From contig NC_042998.1 of assembly GCF_006345805.1 (NCBI RefSeq), positions 6,944,001-7,008,000 of the forward strand: a stretch of DNA of 64,000 nucleotides. The letters are read 5' to 3'. Made by a program: the position numbers and the translations under genes. Under the pieces are notes generated by a model, which saw nothing but the letters and a program-made list of their open reading frames with translations, had not been told where the DNA came from and searched no databases. This document shows, one piece after another, positions 1 through 13,473 of this stretch (positions within the stretch are counted from its first letter, which is position 1; each line of letters starts with the position of its first letter). Source of the DNA: Octopus sinensis (taxonomy: Eukaryota).

Positions 1-347
1 AACTACAGAAGTGACTTCCCAAGATCATCACAGCACAGCACACTAATAAAATGCCTGCCAATTTTGTACTGCTGGTTTTTATAAGTATGAATTCTTTATA
101 GTGCTGTCTTAAGACATGGGCTCAGTAGGCAGTTGCCCAGGGGCCTCATGTATCTAAGGTTGTAGTCCTCAACCATTTTTTATCTATGGAACCCCTTTGA
201 TTCCTATTTTATTAGAGTGGGTCTTATAGCTATTTGATGTATAAAATAAAAATCCTACATTTTTATAATTAAATATTATTAGGAACTGATTAAAAAAATT
301 GTTAAAATATTTTCTGTATTGTAGAAGTATAACCAACTTATTGTACA

Positions 348-733
348 TAGGCGCAGGAGTGGCTGCGTGGTAAGTAGCTTGCTTACCAACCACATGGTTC
401 CGGGTTTTAAGGTGGTGAGCTGGCAGAAACATTAGCACGCCGGGCGAAATGCTAAGCAGTACTTTGTCTGCCGTTACGTTCTGAGTTCAAATTCCGCCGA
501 GATCGACTTTGCCTTTCATTCTTTCGGGGTCGATTAAATAAGTACCAGTTACGCACTGGGGTCGATATAATTGACTTAATCCCTTTGTCTGTCCTTGTTT
601 GTCCTCTCTGTGTTTAGCCCCTTGTGGGTAGTAAAGAAAAAGGTTCCGGGTTCAAGTCTTACTGCGTGGCACCTTGAGCAAGCATCTTCTACTATAGCCC
701 CAGGCTGACCAAAGCCTTGTGAGTGGATTTGTT
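348..733 (+). mobile_element. Family A tRNA-derived SINE (CORE-like centre), 3'-truncated, interrupted by a family D SINE
   Basis: Head TAGGCGCAGGAGTGGCTG..GGTAAG matches copies at 32897 and 44831. It resumes after the insertion with GTGGCACCTTGAGCAAG. Confidence 0.85.
407..641 (+). mobile_element. Family D SINE (Nin/Deu-domain-like centre), full length, nested in a family A SINE
   Basis: 11-bp target duplication GGTTCCGGGTT at 396-406 and 642-652. Contains GAGTTCAAATTCC (B box) and GTCGACTTTGCCTTTCAT-type core. Other copies at about 12149, 38972, 47864 and 48096. Confidence 0.9.
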
Positions 734-1099
734 ATTAAACCCATGAGCACTTTTCACAAATTCTTTGCAAAATTAAATCTAGAATTGTAATAGTTGTAGT
801 TTTCCACATACAGAGCCAGATTAAAGCCAACTGAAGCTCTAGACACAACCCAACAATGCCTTCCCACCTGACCTTTCTATTGCTTAAATGGCACTGCAAT
901 AAAGTATGAGAAATGGTTGCATGCATAATTTTAGATTAAAAATTCCACTTCCTTCCAGGCATCCCCTAATTTAGACCTCACAACTATGTAAACCTATTTT
1001 TTAAATTTCCTATTTTTAACAGTAACTAGTACTAAACAATCTAAACAAATTATTTACTTATTTGTAAGAAAACAGGAAAAATGAAAATTTCAACATTTA

Positions 1100-1545
1100 T
1101 CATCATCATTTAACGTCCGTTTTCCATGCTAGCATGGGTTTGACAGTTCGACCAGGGTCTGGAAGCCATGGAGGCTGCACCAGGCTCTAGTCTGATTTGG
1201 CAGTATTTCTACAGCTGGATGCCCTTCCTAACGCCAATCTCTCCGTGAGTGTAGCGGGTGTTTTTTACGTGCCACCAGCACAGGGGCCAGAGCAGGCTGG
1301 CAAATGGCCACAATGGGTTGGTGCTTTTACGTGTCACCGACATGGATGCCAGTCAGGCGATGCTGGCATCTGCCACATTCGGACGGTGCTTTTACGTGTC
1401 ACCGACATGGACGCCAGTCAGGCGATGCTGGCATCTGCCACGTTCGGACGGTGCTTTTACGTGTCACCGACATGGACGCCAGTCAGGCGACGCTGGCATC
1501 TGCCACGTTCGGACGGTGCTTTTTACGTGTCACCAGCACGGGTGT
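1100..1545 (-). mobile_element. RTE-type retroposon 3' end with an internal 65-bp tandem repeat
   Basis: (GAT)n tail and GGAAGGGCATCCAGCTGTAGAAA motif shared with copies at about 15102, 40099, 55639 and 63235. GTGCTTTT unit starts at 1321, 1386, 1451 and 1516. Confidence 0.8.
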
Positions 1546-3233
1546 CTTTACTACAATTTCCTTTGGAATTTATATTTATTAAAAATCTGTCGTAATTTTC
1601 CAAGATAAATCCAACTCTGGAAAAACTGGTAGTTTCCATTTCCCATCATGCTCTAAATACTTGTATGTATTTTCTAATGGTTAATCTGGCTGTGCACATA
1701 TGATATGCTTAATTCCCAGTGCAGTATCTTTCCTTCTTTCTCCAGTTTGGCTTATCTGTCACACCAGTTCCTTTTAATCAATCCTTATTCTCTGCCAAAA
1801 CCACTGCCAGAAACACCAATAAATTATTGCGGCCTTCGGCATCAGTATTTTAGATCCAAAATGCAAATTTCAACAGTTCTTCTGTGTCTTTTGCATATCA
1901 TGTATAAATCTGATATAACTTATTTCTTTTCCAGTTTCTTCAGTGTTCATATTACAACTTATGATATTGTAAATTGGTGATATGACAAATTTTTCCCCAA
2001 ATTCATGTTACGGCTTAGCTGTCCACAGCTTTTGTGACCTAAGCTCTTAAATATTTCCCTTTCTGGAGATTTATCTTAATACTGCTAAAGTCTTACTTCT
2101 TAATATCTTTTGCCATTTTCTTTGTTATATATTTTTTTTCATATCTCACCAGCTTTTACAGTTTTCAAATTTTACCAGATTTCCTTCCAATCATTCTTTA
2201 CCAACTCAATCAGACCTCTCAACCGAATTCTCTCTTTTCTACATCAACTAAGTTTTTTTTTCTTTTTGCCAATATTTTTACTTTTATTTCAACGGAATAT
2301 TATTCATTTTTCATCTTTCTTTCCTTTGTAGTTCTTCTTCCATTTACTTTTTCCTCACTATAAAACACACCACATTCACTTTTGTTTTCTAGTAAATATA
2401 TCTTTCATACTCAACCATATTCCAGCATTTTTTTTTTTCTTCATGAAATAACCTTTCATCTCTTGCATGAATATTTTCTCTTGAGATTCTGAAAATTATT
2501 CTGTCAAGCATCTCTATATGTACTTTGCTAAATCAAACTACAGTCATTACACACTTTGTAACTGAAACTATTCTAGGTTTCTCTACACTTTTGTTAAATC
2601 ATTCCCATTTGACTAGGTTTTTCCTTTATATTTCAAATCCATCATAACTTTTTTTTAACCCTCTGCTTATAACCAAGAAATTTATCAAAAGATTTGTATC
2701 AAACACATTATCCTTCCTAAGAACATCACTTGTTACTCTTGCAGTATTCCTTCTTTTCAAAAATTATAAGAAGAAGAATTATTAAAATTTGGTCCAAGGA
2801 CCAGTAATTTTAAAGGAAGGAGTATTCCGATTATATGAACTCCGAGAATAGACTGGTACTTTATGTTATCAAACTTCGAAAAAATGAATGGCAAAGTGGA
2901 CCTCAGCAGGAACTGGACCCAACATAGGAAAAGACGCATTGCATTTTCTTCAATGCACCGATGGTTCTGCCTGCTTTCCACCTTTATTGTTTCAAATTTT
3001 GGCACAAGGCCAACAATTTTGGAGGGAGGAGAATAGTTGATTACATCGACCCAAGTACTTGACTGGTACTTTACCCTATGAAGCCCTGAAGGGATGAAAG
3101 GTCAAGGTCAACATTGTCTTACATCCTTTACAGTATTTACTTTTGGTTCTTTTGATTCTTAAATGAAATCCATTCAGGATTGGTGCTTTCTTTTCACCAC
3201 TTTATGGTGCTTTGGGCCAGTGCATGACACTTT

Positions 3234-3472
3234 GGTCAAGTGTCTTCTACTATAGCCTCGGGCCAACCAAAGCCTTGTGAATGGATTTGGTAGACAGAAA
3301 TTGAAAGGAGCTTGTTGTATATATCTATATGTATATATATATATGAGTGTGTGCTTGTGTGTCTGTGTTTGTCACCCCAACATCGCTTGACAACCGATGC
3401 TGGTGTGTTTACATCCCCGTAACTTAGCAGTTTGGTAAAAGAGACTAATAGAATAAGTAAATGAGTAAAAGA
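3234..3472 (+). mobile_element. Family A SINE, partial
   Basis: CAAGTGTCTTCTACTATAGCCTCGGGCC...CTTGACAACCGATGCTGGTGTG matches family A. Confidence 0.8.
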
Positions 3473-3507
3473 GTATAAGCACATACAAACATTCATACTT
3501 AAGTATA

Positions 3508-3936
3508 TTCTTTTATTCTTTTATTTGTTTCAGTCATTTGACTGTGGCCATGCTAGAGCACTGCATTTAGTCGAACAAATCGACCCCAGGACTTATTCTC
3601 TGTAAGCCTAGTACTTATTCTATCGGTCTCTCTTGCCAAACCACTAAGTGACAGGGACGTAAACACACCAGCATCGGTTGTCAAGTGTTGTTGGGGGGAC
3701 AAACACAGGCACACAAATATATACATACACACACACACACATATATATATATGTGTGTATATATATATATGACAGGCTTCTTTCAGTTTCCGTCTACCAA
3801 ATCCACTCAGAAGGCTTTGGTCAGCCCAAGGCTATAGTAGAAGACACTTGCCCAAGGTGCCATGCAGTGGGACTGAACCCGGAACCATGTGGTTAGTAAG
3901 CAAGCTGCTACTTACCACACAGCCACTCCTACGCCT
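3508..3936 (-). mobile_element. Family A SINE, near full length
   Basis: Reverse complement matches 32897-33305, including the internal CA/TA microsatellite and the 3' tail. Confidence 0.85.
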
Positions 3937-5019
3937 CTCATATATGCTGCAAAAATAATTTGACCCCCACCTCCACACAAGTTTATACATAATGTTTGTA
4001 TCGTAGAACCACAGACTGAAATAAAACATTACTTCTGGCAAAATATTTCCTGATTTCCCTTTTTCTTTCTCAGTAGTAAATTTAACATTTCAAATTTGTC
4101 ATATCACTGACAATAAGTTTTTACTGGTTGTCAATGAAACATCGGTTGTGTTAGAAAATGTAGCATTAGTCAAGTGGAAAACAGTTTGAGTGACTTTGTT
4201 GTTTTATTTTTATTACTTCCTCCTTTTATTATTTTTCTGATTTTAGCTAAGTTCCATGTGGCCATACTGGAGCACTATTATTATTTATTTAAAGAATAAA
4301 TGGTATCCAATATGAATGATTTATGGTACTACCAGTAGCTACCGATAACTCTTAAACTTTGCTCCAGTGGTTAATTATTAGAACATTTTATAGTGGCTGT
4401 GTGGTAAAAAGTTTGCTTCCCAGTCAGATGGTTCCAGGTTCAGTTTCACTCCATGTCACTTTTGGCAAGTGTCTTCCCCTGTAGCCTTGGCTCACCAATC
4501 AATGTAAAGCCTTATGAGTGGATCTGATTGACAGAAACTAAAAGAAATCCATCACATATGTGTGCATACGTGTGGATGTAGTGATGGAGATAAACACAAT
4601 TAGACTTGACACATTCACATACACACACAAACACACACACACACACACACACACAAGAATATAAGGACAAAAATCATGTTAATGATTTTTATCAAGTAAT
4701 CAGCATGCTATAGCAATTTATAGTTAATTAATACATTAAATTAATAATAATGTACATATGTATGTAATTACACCAAGGGAGCTAGGATGAAAACGACCTG
4801 TCTCCAGCATGCTTGAAGTGCCGATACTTTCAAAAAACTACCCAAAACTCCAGCTAGATATATGCATGGCTGAAGGTGGGCTAGTGAGAGAAAATTAAAA
4901 AGATCTCACGTTAATTAGCTGGTAGTTAATTTGGTAGTTTTTTTAAAGGTATCAGCACATGAAGCATGCTGGAGACAGATCATTTCATCCTAGCTCGCTT
5001 GATATAATTTTATAAATAT

Positions 5020-5324
5020 ATCATCATCACGTCATCATCACGTGACCGACCAGTCCATCAGATGTAGTTACACATCGCTGGTCACAATGCGTTCGCATTG
5101 TTTTAGCCTTCGAATGATGCCACCCTGCTGGCTAAGCGAGCAGGCCAACAGAAGAAAGAGTGGTGAAGGAGTACAGCAGGGATCGCCACCACCCCCTGCC
5201 AGAGCCTCATGGAGCTTTTAGGTGTTTTCACTCAATAAACACTCACAACGCCCGGTCTGGGAATCGAAACCGCGATCTTACAACCGCGAGTCCGCTGCCC
5301 TAACCACTAGGCCATTGCGCCTCC

Positions 5325-5325
<1 letters not shown>
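5020..5325 (-). mobile_element. Family B SINE, tail type 1
   Basis: Head GGAGGCGCAATGGCCTAGTGGTTAGGGCAGCGGACTCG..GGTTTCGATTCCC. Tail ends GGTCGGTCACG(TGA)n. Confidence 0.85.
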
Positions 5326-5369
<44 letters not shown>

Positions 5370-6321
5370 TAAAAGTTCAGCTGGCTTGATATGATCTGCA
5401 CTGGGCTCCAGTATCTGCTTTGGCAAGGTTTTCACAGCTAGCTGCCCTTCCTAATGCCAGCCACTTAACAGAGTGTACACTAAAATTTTATTGATCTTGT
5501 ATCCAATAGCCCTAGCAGACTTGATTGCTTGACACTTTCTTGCACTTCACTTTTTTTTTCTTCATTACTTTTACTCTGTCATCGTTTACTTTCAAGTAGA
5601 AAACTGAAGTGGCTAGTACTTAAGTGTTCTGTATCTGCCTTTATCTATTTATATTGTCCATCCATTTGTAAATCTGAATTCCAGTGATCATAAAATTAAC
5701 CAAAATGGGAAAGTTGTACAAAGAAAGCATTTAACTCTCGTATCACACCTTGAGATTGAAATATTACAGCATTTGTAATCAACAGTAAAAACTGAAATGC
5801 AATTGTAGTGTGAGGATATAACAAATGTTCTTAAAGAATTTATGACTTTATGAAACAAAAAGAGAAGTTAATCCAATTTGCAGCTGATCCAGAGACAAGA
5901 AACGGGTGATGTGTGGGAAAAAACAAAAATGAAGGAAGTTCTTCAGAAGTAGATTTTGTGTTATTTAAGTGGTTTTTGTGCAAAGCAATCTGTGAGTAAG
6001 CTAGTTTTAGAGGTAGTAATCATTGCAAATGCCAAGCAATCGCACAAGGATACAGGTATCACAGACACTTGTGTGTTTACAATTTGTTGATTTAGAAACT
6101 TCAGAAATAAGATATGGTGTTTGTAAACTTAATCTGTTCATCGAAAAGAAGTCAACAGATATTGAAGTGACTGAAGAATACAGTTACACTTTTGATGACC
6201 AGGCAAAAATAATTTGATTTCATTGTTTTTCTTTCAATTCTTACAAATGTACAACAACACATCTCAACCCAGGACAACCCACATTCCAAGGGTTACAGAT
6301 TGGTCAAATTGCATTTGATAG

Positions 6322-6396
6322 GGTTGTTTAGCTCAATGGTACAGAGTGCTCAGCTGGAATTTGAGTGGTACAGCATTTGATTCCCTGTAGCAGCCA
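6322..6396 (+). pseudogene. Degenerate tRNA-like sequence (GGA at the anticodon position); tRNA pseudogene or solo SINE head
   Basis: Acceptor GGTTGTT/AGCAGCC+A, D arm GCTC/GAGT, anticodon arm CTCAG-CTGGAAT-TTGAG. T arm damaged. TTTTT shortly downstream. Confidence 0.5.
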
Positions 6397-6659
6397 CTGG
6401 CCACTTTTTCCCCTTCTATAGGGGTCTTTTAACCCAATTTTCTAAAGCTGTGTTCATCAGTTATTCTTCTGTGTTTGAGATTTTCTTAATTTCTAGAAAT
6501 CATTTTTATTGTGTGTACTTCAGTGGGATTTGAACTCAGAGAGCAGAAAATGAGTACAAATACTAGTTGATACTCTGAATCATTGAATTTTCTATCTTAT
6601 TTCCATGTCTTGCTTTGAGCCCTCCCAGTCCACATCTAAAGAATGAAAAAACTGGTACT

Positions 6660-6981
6660 CCATCATCGCTTATGACGATGAGGGTTCCAGTTGGTCTGGT
6701 CAATGGAATGGCCTGCTTGAGAAATGAACGTGCATGTGGCTGAACACTCCACAGACATGTATATCCCTAAAATAGTTTTCAAGGAGATTCAGCATGGCAC
6801 AGAGAGTGACAAAGGCTGACCCTCTGAGACATAGGTACTACTCATTTTTGCCAGCTGAGTGGACTGGAGCAACATGAAATAAAGTGTCTTGCTCAAGGAC
6901 ACAATGCATCACTGGGAATTGAACTCACAACCATATGATCATGAGCCAAATACCCTAGCCAGCAAGCCTTGCACCTTCACT
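6660..6981 (-). mobile_element. Family C SINE, tail type 2, diverged
   Basis: Reverse complement contains GTCCTTGAGCAAGACACTTTATTTCATGTTGCTCCAGTCCACTCAGCTGGCAAAAATGAG, as at 25730. Confidence 0.8.
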
Positions 6982-7147
6982 GTAAGGAATACTTCCTTGA
7001 TATATAAGCATATCTTGGGCATTTTTGTAAATTCTGGCATGGGTCATCCTGCTCCAAGTCTAGCTCCAGAAATTGAAAGAAGAATTAGCCCTAGAACACC
7101 ACTGGTATGATACATACATACATATACAAATATATATATGTGTGTGT

Positions 7148-7460
7148 GTGGAGGCACAATGGCCCAGTGGTTAGGGCAGTGGACTCACTGTCGTAGGATC
7201 GCAGTTTCGATTCCCAGACCGGGCGTTGTGAGTGTTTATTGAGCGAAAACACCTAAAGCTCCATGAGGCTCTGGCAGGGGGTGGTGGTGAACCCTGCTGT
7301 ACTCTTTCACCACAACTTTCTCTCACTCTTTCTTCTGTTGGCCTGCTTGCTTAGCCAGCAGGGTGGCGTCATTTGCAGGCTAAAACAATGCGAAGCGCAT
7401 TGTGACCAGCGATGTGTAGCAACATCTGATAGTCTGGTCGGTCACGGTGATCACAGTGAT
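7148..7460 (+). mobile_element. Family B SINE, tail type 1, full length
   Basis: A box TGGCCCAGTGG and B box GTTTCGATTCCC. Tail GGTCGGTCACGGTGATCACAGTGAT. Flanked by TG/TA microsatellites. Confidence 0.9.
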
Positions 7461-8185
7461 ATATATATATATATAATATGTATATATATATATGTATAGT
7501 CCAACCCATGCTAGCATGGAAAGCGGACGTTAAACGATGATGATGATGATATGTATATATAAATGTATATATATATATGTATATATATATGTATATATAT
7601 ATACATGTGCCTGTGTGTGTGTAGTGGTCAGGTTTGAGGAATTTGACTGCTATTTTTGATTGTCCTAGTGACTCCCTGAACATAAGGCTCTCTTATTGGT
7701 TTTGTGTTCTTATTTGTGTATCTATCTGTCAAGCTGTGTGTGTATGTGTATGTGTGTGTGAGAGACAGAGAGAGAGAGAGAGAAAGAGACATACATATAT
7801 ACAGACAGACAGACAGACACTCTCACAATGCGTGTATGTATTTCCATCTCTTTCTTTTCTTTCGTCTTATTCCTGAAATTTCCTATTTCTAATCTACTGC
7901 ATGATGTTATTACTTTCACTTGTATGATTCTTTGTTTATGCTTGCAAAGATCGACAAAGTTCTAATTTTATCATATTTCCAATCCCGAAGGAGGCACTTG
8001 TTGATTAAAAAAATAGAAATAAATAAAAATAATTAATCTATTGAAAAAGAAAGAAAAACACAATTACATACTTGCAAATGCGTGCAAAAACATTGTCACA
8101 ACTTCTTGTTCCATTTCTCGTTTTCTTCACTTTCATGTACACCTACTCATAAATAATTGCATTTTTGCCTCAAACTGCTGCTGAA

Positions 8186-8211
8186 AATATATATATATAT
8201 ATACACATGCA

Positions 8212-8248
<37 letters not shown>

Positions 8249-8250
8249 GC

Positions 8251-8348
<98 letters not shown>

Positions 8349-8754
8349 GTATATATATATATGTATATATATATATGTATATATATATATGTATATATAT
8401 ATATGTATTATATATATATGTATTGGATTTATTTTGCAAGATACATATATTTATTGAGTTCTTAATTTCAATTATTGATTTTGTTTATCATGATCATGAT
8501 CTTCATCATCGTCATCATCATCATCCTCATCATCTCCTCCTCCTCCTCCTCCTCCTCATCATCATCATCATCTTCCTCATCATTTAAAAAAAAATATTTT
8601 TTATTATCATTATTATTATCATTAAAACACCAGCGTGGTGTTGGTATTATTTTAAAATATTTTCTATTTTTCTTTATATTCTTCCTCATTTGCTTATTGT
8701 TATTGTTATTATTTCATTATGCATGTTGTTATCATAGCTGTTATTCTCTCCTGT

Positions 8755-8787
<33 letters not shown>

Positions 8788-8800
8788 CACCACCACCACC

Positions 8801-8842
<42 letters not shown>

Positions 8843-9327
8843 GCTGCTGCTGCTACCACTACTACTACCAATAATAATAGTTTAGAAACAATTATTATGA
8901 TGTTAGAAATATGGTTTTATTAATATTATTATTGTCATCATTACCATCATCATCATCGTTATCACCACCATCATCATCGTCATAATCATCATCATCATCA
9001 CCATCATCTTCATCAGCATCATCATCAAACCATTTGTAGTTTATAGGAATTTTTTCGATCCCTTTATATTATGCAGCTTCTTTTAATGTTTTGTTTTTTT
9101 ATTTCCTGTTTCTGAATTTTCTTTCTCTTGACATAAGTTTTCTTCCCCCAAAATATTTCTAAACACATGTTACGATGAAGAGCATCAGATGAAGGAACAA
9201 CTCATCAGCATGCGAAAATTAAAAGAAATATTATATACCACTCCAACGCCTCTCCATGCAACGCCTCTTCATTTCACTCTTTCTCTTTTAAAAAACAAAG
9301 AAAATGCTAGAGCAACAAAGATGATGA

Positions 9328-9362
<35 letters not shown>

Positions 9363-9605
9363 ACAACGACAACGATGATGTTGGTCATAATCATTACAAT
9401 GATGATGATCATGATAATGCTGATGGTGATGATAGTGGTGGTGGTGGTGGTTATGATGATGATGATGATGATGGTGTTGATGATGATGATGATGACAATG
9501 ATGATGATGATGATGATGGTGATGATAGTGGTGGTGGTGGTTATGATGATAATGATGATGATGGGGGGGGTGATGAGGATGAAGATAGTGATGAGGATGA
9601 TAAAG
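8186..9605. repeat. Compound microsatellite field: (TA)n, (TCA)n, (CTA)n/(CCA)n, (GAT)n/(GGT)n
   Basis: Direct reading. Explains the low-complexity ORFs listed here. Confidence 0.95.
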
Positions 9606-10658
9606 AAGAGTAATAGAATATGTAAAAGTGATAAGTGTAAATCATGAAAAATAAAAAAAAATGGAATAAATAAACAAGCAAATAAAAAGTGAAATAATAT
9701 ATAATTTCATAACAAAAATGAAAAAAAAAAAAGGTAGGGAAGAAATTGCCAAGGAAGCCAAGATATTTTGCTGGATTTTTGGATAATAAAACATAAAGAT
9801 TTGTCTCTCATGAGATATAGCGAATTAGTCAACATTTAAAGTAGGAAACAGACTAATCATGGTCGTGGCTTTTTGTTTCTTTTCATTTCTTGCTTTTTTT
9901 CCCCGTTTCTAGAGAATTATTGAATCTTGTTATGTTGTTGTTTGATTTTGCTACTACAAACATTGTACATTCTTGTTGTACTTGCTGATGTCATTGCTGT
10001 TTTAGCAGTTATTCTTTTGATACAAAACTACTACCTCAGTTATTGCTACTTGTTTTTTTTGGCTATTTTTTGTGGTTGTTTTAGCTGCAGTTGTTGTTGT
10101 TATTTAGTAAGCCATGTTAGTTCTGCTTGAGCAGACTCATGGCAGAAACAAACCATCAAAATTAACAAAGAACTCAGTGTTTTGAGTTGCTGCAAATCCT
10201 ATCTTTCTTATAAGTATGTAGCTTTACCATTTTGGATTTAATACAGTTGTGGCCAAAACTTTGGAACATTTAAAAAAAAATTAGAATTGTTATGCCCAAG
10301 TACAATCTGGTTCAAATATATACAACATAGAGATATACTGAGATCCCCTTCGGTCATGACTGACCATGGGATTGCGCCTAGAAAGTTATCTTCCCAGGCA
10401 CAAGTCCAGGCAAGGTGTTTATGTCCATTAAGTCTTCTTCAAAGTGAACTCATTGAAGTAAGTTGGTGTTAGTTAATGTTCAGAAGGAAGTAAGGGAACC
10501 CAAATGAGATCTAACATGGTATCCACCCAAATAATATATCCTGCCAAACTCATATACATGCATACATACATACATATATGTACACACAGATCTAACGATG
10601 GCTTAGCTGGCCAGAACTTCAAAGTCACTATCAGTTCTTGTTAGAGAATAATAAATTT

Positions 10659-10852
10659 GTAGGGTGAGAATTCACAAAAAAACAAAAGATGAAGACAGGT
10701 GGTGTAGACAACAAACAGATGTATTAGTGTAACACTCAGGAAATGAAAAAGTCTTTAATGTTTCGAGCCTACGCTCTTCCACAGAAAGGAACACAGAAAG
10801 AAACAAGGAGAGAAAATAAAGAATGTGTAGTGTCTAGCGATTTATTATGGCG
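10659..10852 (-). mobile_element. Short Penelope-like non-autonomous element with a degenerate minimal hammerhead motif (10753-10788)
   Basis: Minus strand reads CTTT-CTGTGGA-A-GAGC(GTAG)GCTC-GAAA-CA-TT-AAAG. Relatives at 52460, 52672 and 62862. Confidence 0.6.
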
Positions 10853-11768
10853 AATAAATTTGTACTCTATCAAAAATATAGATTAATTCTTTAGTTTAAT
10901 GTAAAATTGTTATTATTATAGCATAAAATCCAACATCAATATATGTATATATACACACACATGCACACACACACAAACACATGCGTGCACACACATGCAT
11001 TATATGTACAATGGTCTTCCTGCAACATCTATTTATGGGGCTCACTCATAAAGCATTGGTTGTCCCAGGACTATCAAAGGAAAACACTTACCTAACATGC
11101 CATACAATAGGACTGAACTTCAAATGATATGCTTGTGGAGCAAACTTCTTAACCACACACCCATGCATGTAGCATGTAGTTCATGTTGTTTAGCTCCAGA
11201 TCAGACAGACCTTATCAAATCTGGAAAGATCTTTTACCTGTGACCATCTTATTTTTCTCTTTTATTTTTTCCTCCCAGAATTGAATATCTGACTCAGCAT
11301 TACCTTATTTCTAGATAGTAAAGTACGATTCCAAGGTGATTGATCGACTATAGATATAGATATTTCCTTATCTACACAACTGTGAACACTTTCTCTCCAT
11401 ACTGTTGCACAAATTCTATTTTTCTTGTTTATTTTGGGGACTTTCTGTGTTTTCTCTTTGATATTCATCTCAACGTGATTCTGAGTGGCTCTTGCTTCAA
11501 CATTTTCTTATGTTCATCATAATGTTGTTAGTGTTATTGTTGTTATGATTCCTTGTTTTCATCGTCGTCATTGTTGTTGTTACTGAATATTGATTCTACT
11601 GTTACTTCTGACTTTATTGATATTGTTTCGACTGAAGACATCATTGTTGATCTTTGTTAGTCTTTTTTGCCGTTTTATCATTCTGCTTCTTCTCTGACTA
11701 ACATTTATTCCGAACTTTCATATTTCTTCAGCAACTTTACCTGAAGTTTCATTAAAGTTCGACTTATA

Positions 11769-12069
11769 GCACTCCGTCAGTTACGACGACGAGGGTCCCA
11801 GCTGATACGATCAACGGAACAGCTTGCTCATGAAATTAACATGCAAGTGGCTGAGCATTCCACAGACACCTGTACCCTTAACGTAGTTCCCAAGGAGATT
11901 CAGCATGGCCCTTTGAAATACAGGCACTACTCATTTTTGCCAATAGAGTGAACTGGAGCAAGGTGAAATAAAGTGTCTTGCTCAAGAACACAAAGTGTCG
12001 CCGGGAATCGAACTCACAACCTTACGATCATGAGCTGAATGCCCTAACCACTAAGCCATGCACCCTCAC
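11769..12069 (-). mobile_element. Family C SINE, tail type 2
   Basis: Reverse complement matches 25730-26054 over head and tail. Confidence 0.85.
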
Positions 12070-12148
12070 TTAAGTCAACTAAGGTAACAAAGTATGCCTT
12101 CCAAAGAATTGCCCTATCATCTGACATCTGTTTCAATTATATTTCTGT

Positions 12149-12381
12149 AGGGCAGTGAGCTGGCAGAATCATTAGCATGCCAGGCAAAATGCTTAGTGAT
12201 ATTTTATCTGCCGTTACATTCTGAGTTCAAATTCTGCTGAGGTCGGCTTTGTCTTTCATCCTTTTGGGGTTGATTAAATAAGTACCAGTTACGCACTGGG
12301 GTCGATATAATCGACTTAATCCAGTTGTCTGTCCTTGTTTGTCCCCTCTATGTTTAGCCCCATGTGGGCAATAAAGAAATA
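12149..12381 (+). mobile_element. Family D SINE
   Basis: Matches 407-641 end to end. Confidence 0.85.
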
Positions 12382-13222
12382 TATATTTCTATCTCATAAC
12401 TAAAATTGTAGCCATCCATATGTACAGGAATATACTTTATGGTCATGTCTCAACTCCCTCTCCTGGCAGAGAGATCTTTGTCCTGCAGATGCTGGTACCA
12501 CATAAAATGCACGCATGCCAGTTCCACAGAAATGGTTTTGTGCCAGTGGCATATAAAAATCACCCAGCACACTCTGTAAAGTGGGTGACATTAGGAAGGG
12601 CACTCAGTCATAGAAACCATGCCAAAGCAGATAGTTGGAGCCTGGACAACTCTCCGGCTAGCCAGTTCCTGTGAAACCATCCCACCCATGCCAGCCTGGA
12701 AAACAAACATTAAACAATGATGCTGATGATGATGAGCTGCATGGTGAGCAAAGAGAAGAGCTTCTAGCATTAAAAATATCAGTTTGACATTTTACTCACT
12801 AATTTCAACATTTTCAAAACTCCATCAATTATTTATGACATGGGAAAATAAATCCTCATCATCATCATCATCATCACCATCATCATTTTAACATCCATTT
12901 TTCCATGCTTCCATGGATATTAGACAGAGGCAGAATTTCTTATGGCCGGCTGCCCCTCCCGTTTTCAAGCAAGGTAACATTGTCCCAAGGCCAGACATAT
13001 TTTTACAAATGCTTGTTCAGAAGTAAGATAATATTCCTCATGATCAGATATGCTTACATCGAAGATTGAAAAGGAAGGACACTGCTTGCACAACAGTGAC
13101 ATCTGTTTACAACTATCACATGAAATGAAGGCAAAGATACAGTAACACACATATATATATATGTGTATATATATATATATATATATGCATATATATATAT
13201 ATACATATATATGTGTGTGTAA

Positions 13223-13473
13223 GCCCGTTGTATATATGTATATATATGTATGTGTGTATATGTTTTTGTGTCTGTGTTTGTCCCCCCAACATCGCTTGAC
13301 AACCGATACTGGTGTGTTTACGTCCCTGTAACTTAGCGGTTCGGCATTAGAGACTGATAGAATAAGTACTAGGCTTACAAAGAATAAGTCCTGGGGTTGA
13401 TTTGCTCAACTGAAGGCGGTGCTCCAGCATGGCCACAGTCAAATGACTGAAACAAGTAAAAGAGTAAAAGAGT
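13223..13473 (+). mobile_element. Family A SINE, 3' half
   Basis: Ends GGCGGTGCTCCAGCATGGCCACAGTCAAATGACTGAAACAAGTAAAAGAG. Confidence 0.85.

Noticed and set aside
1197-1608. Three overlapping ORFs with repeated peptides; superficially CRISPR-like periodicity
   Set aside because: A 65-bp tandem unit cycles through frames inside a retroposon tail. There are no unique spacers, and the context is eukaryotic.
1550-2760. Purine-rich minus strand suggesting an old LINE ORF remnant
   Set aside because: Many stops and no motif I can identify. A translated profile search would be needed.
7148-7220. SINE heads (here and elsewhere) as tRNA genes
   Set aside because: A and B boxes are present, but the acceptor stems do not close and they continue into SINE bodies.
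9189-9647. 152-aa Met/Val-rich ORF
   Set aside because: (GAT)n/(GGT)n microsatellite.
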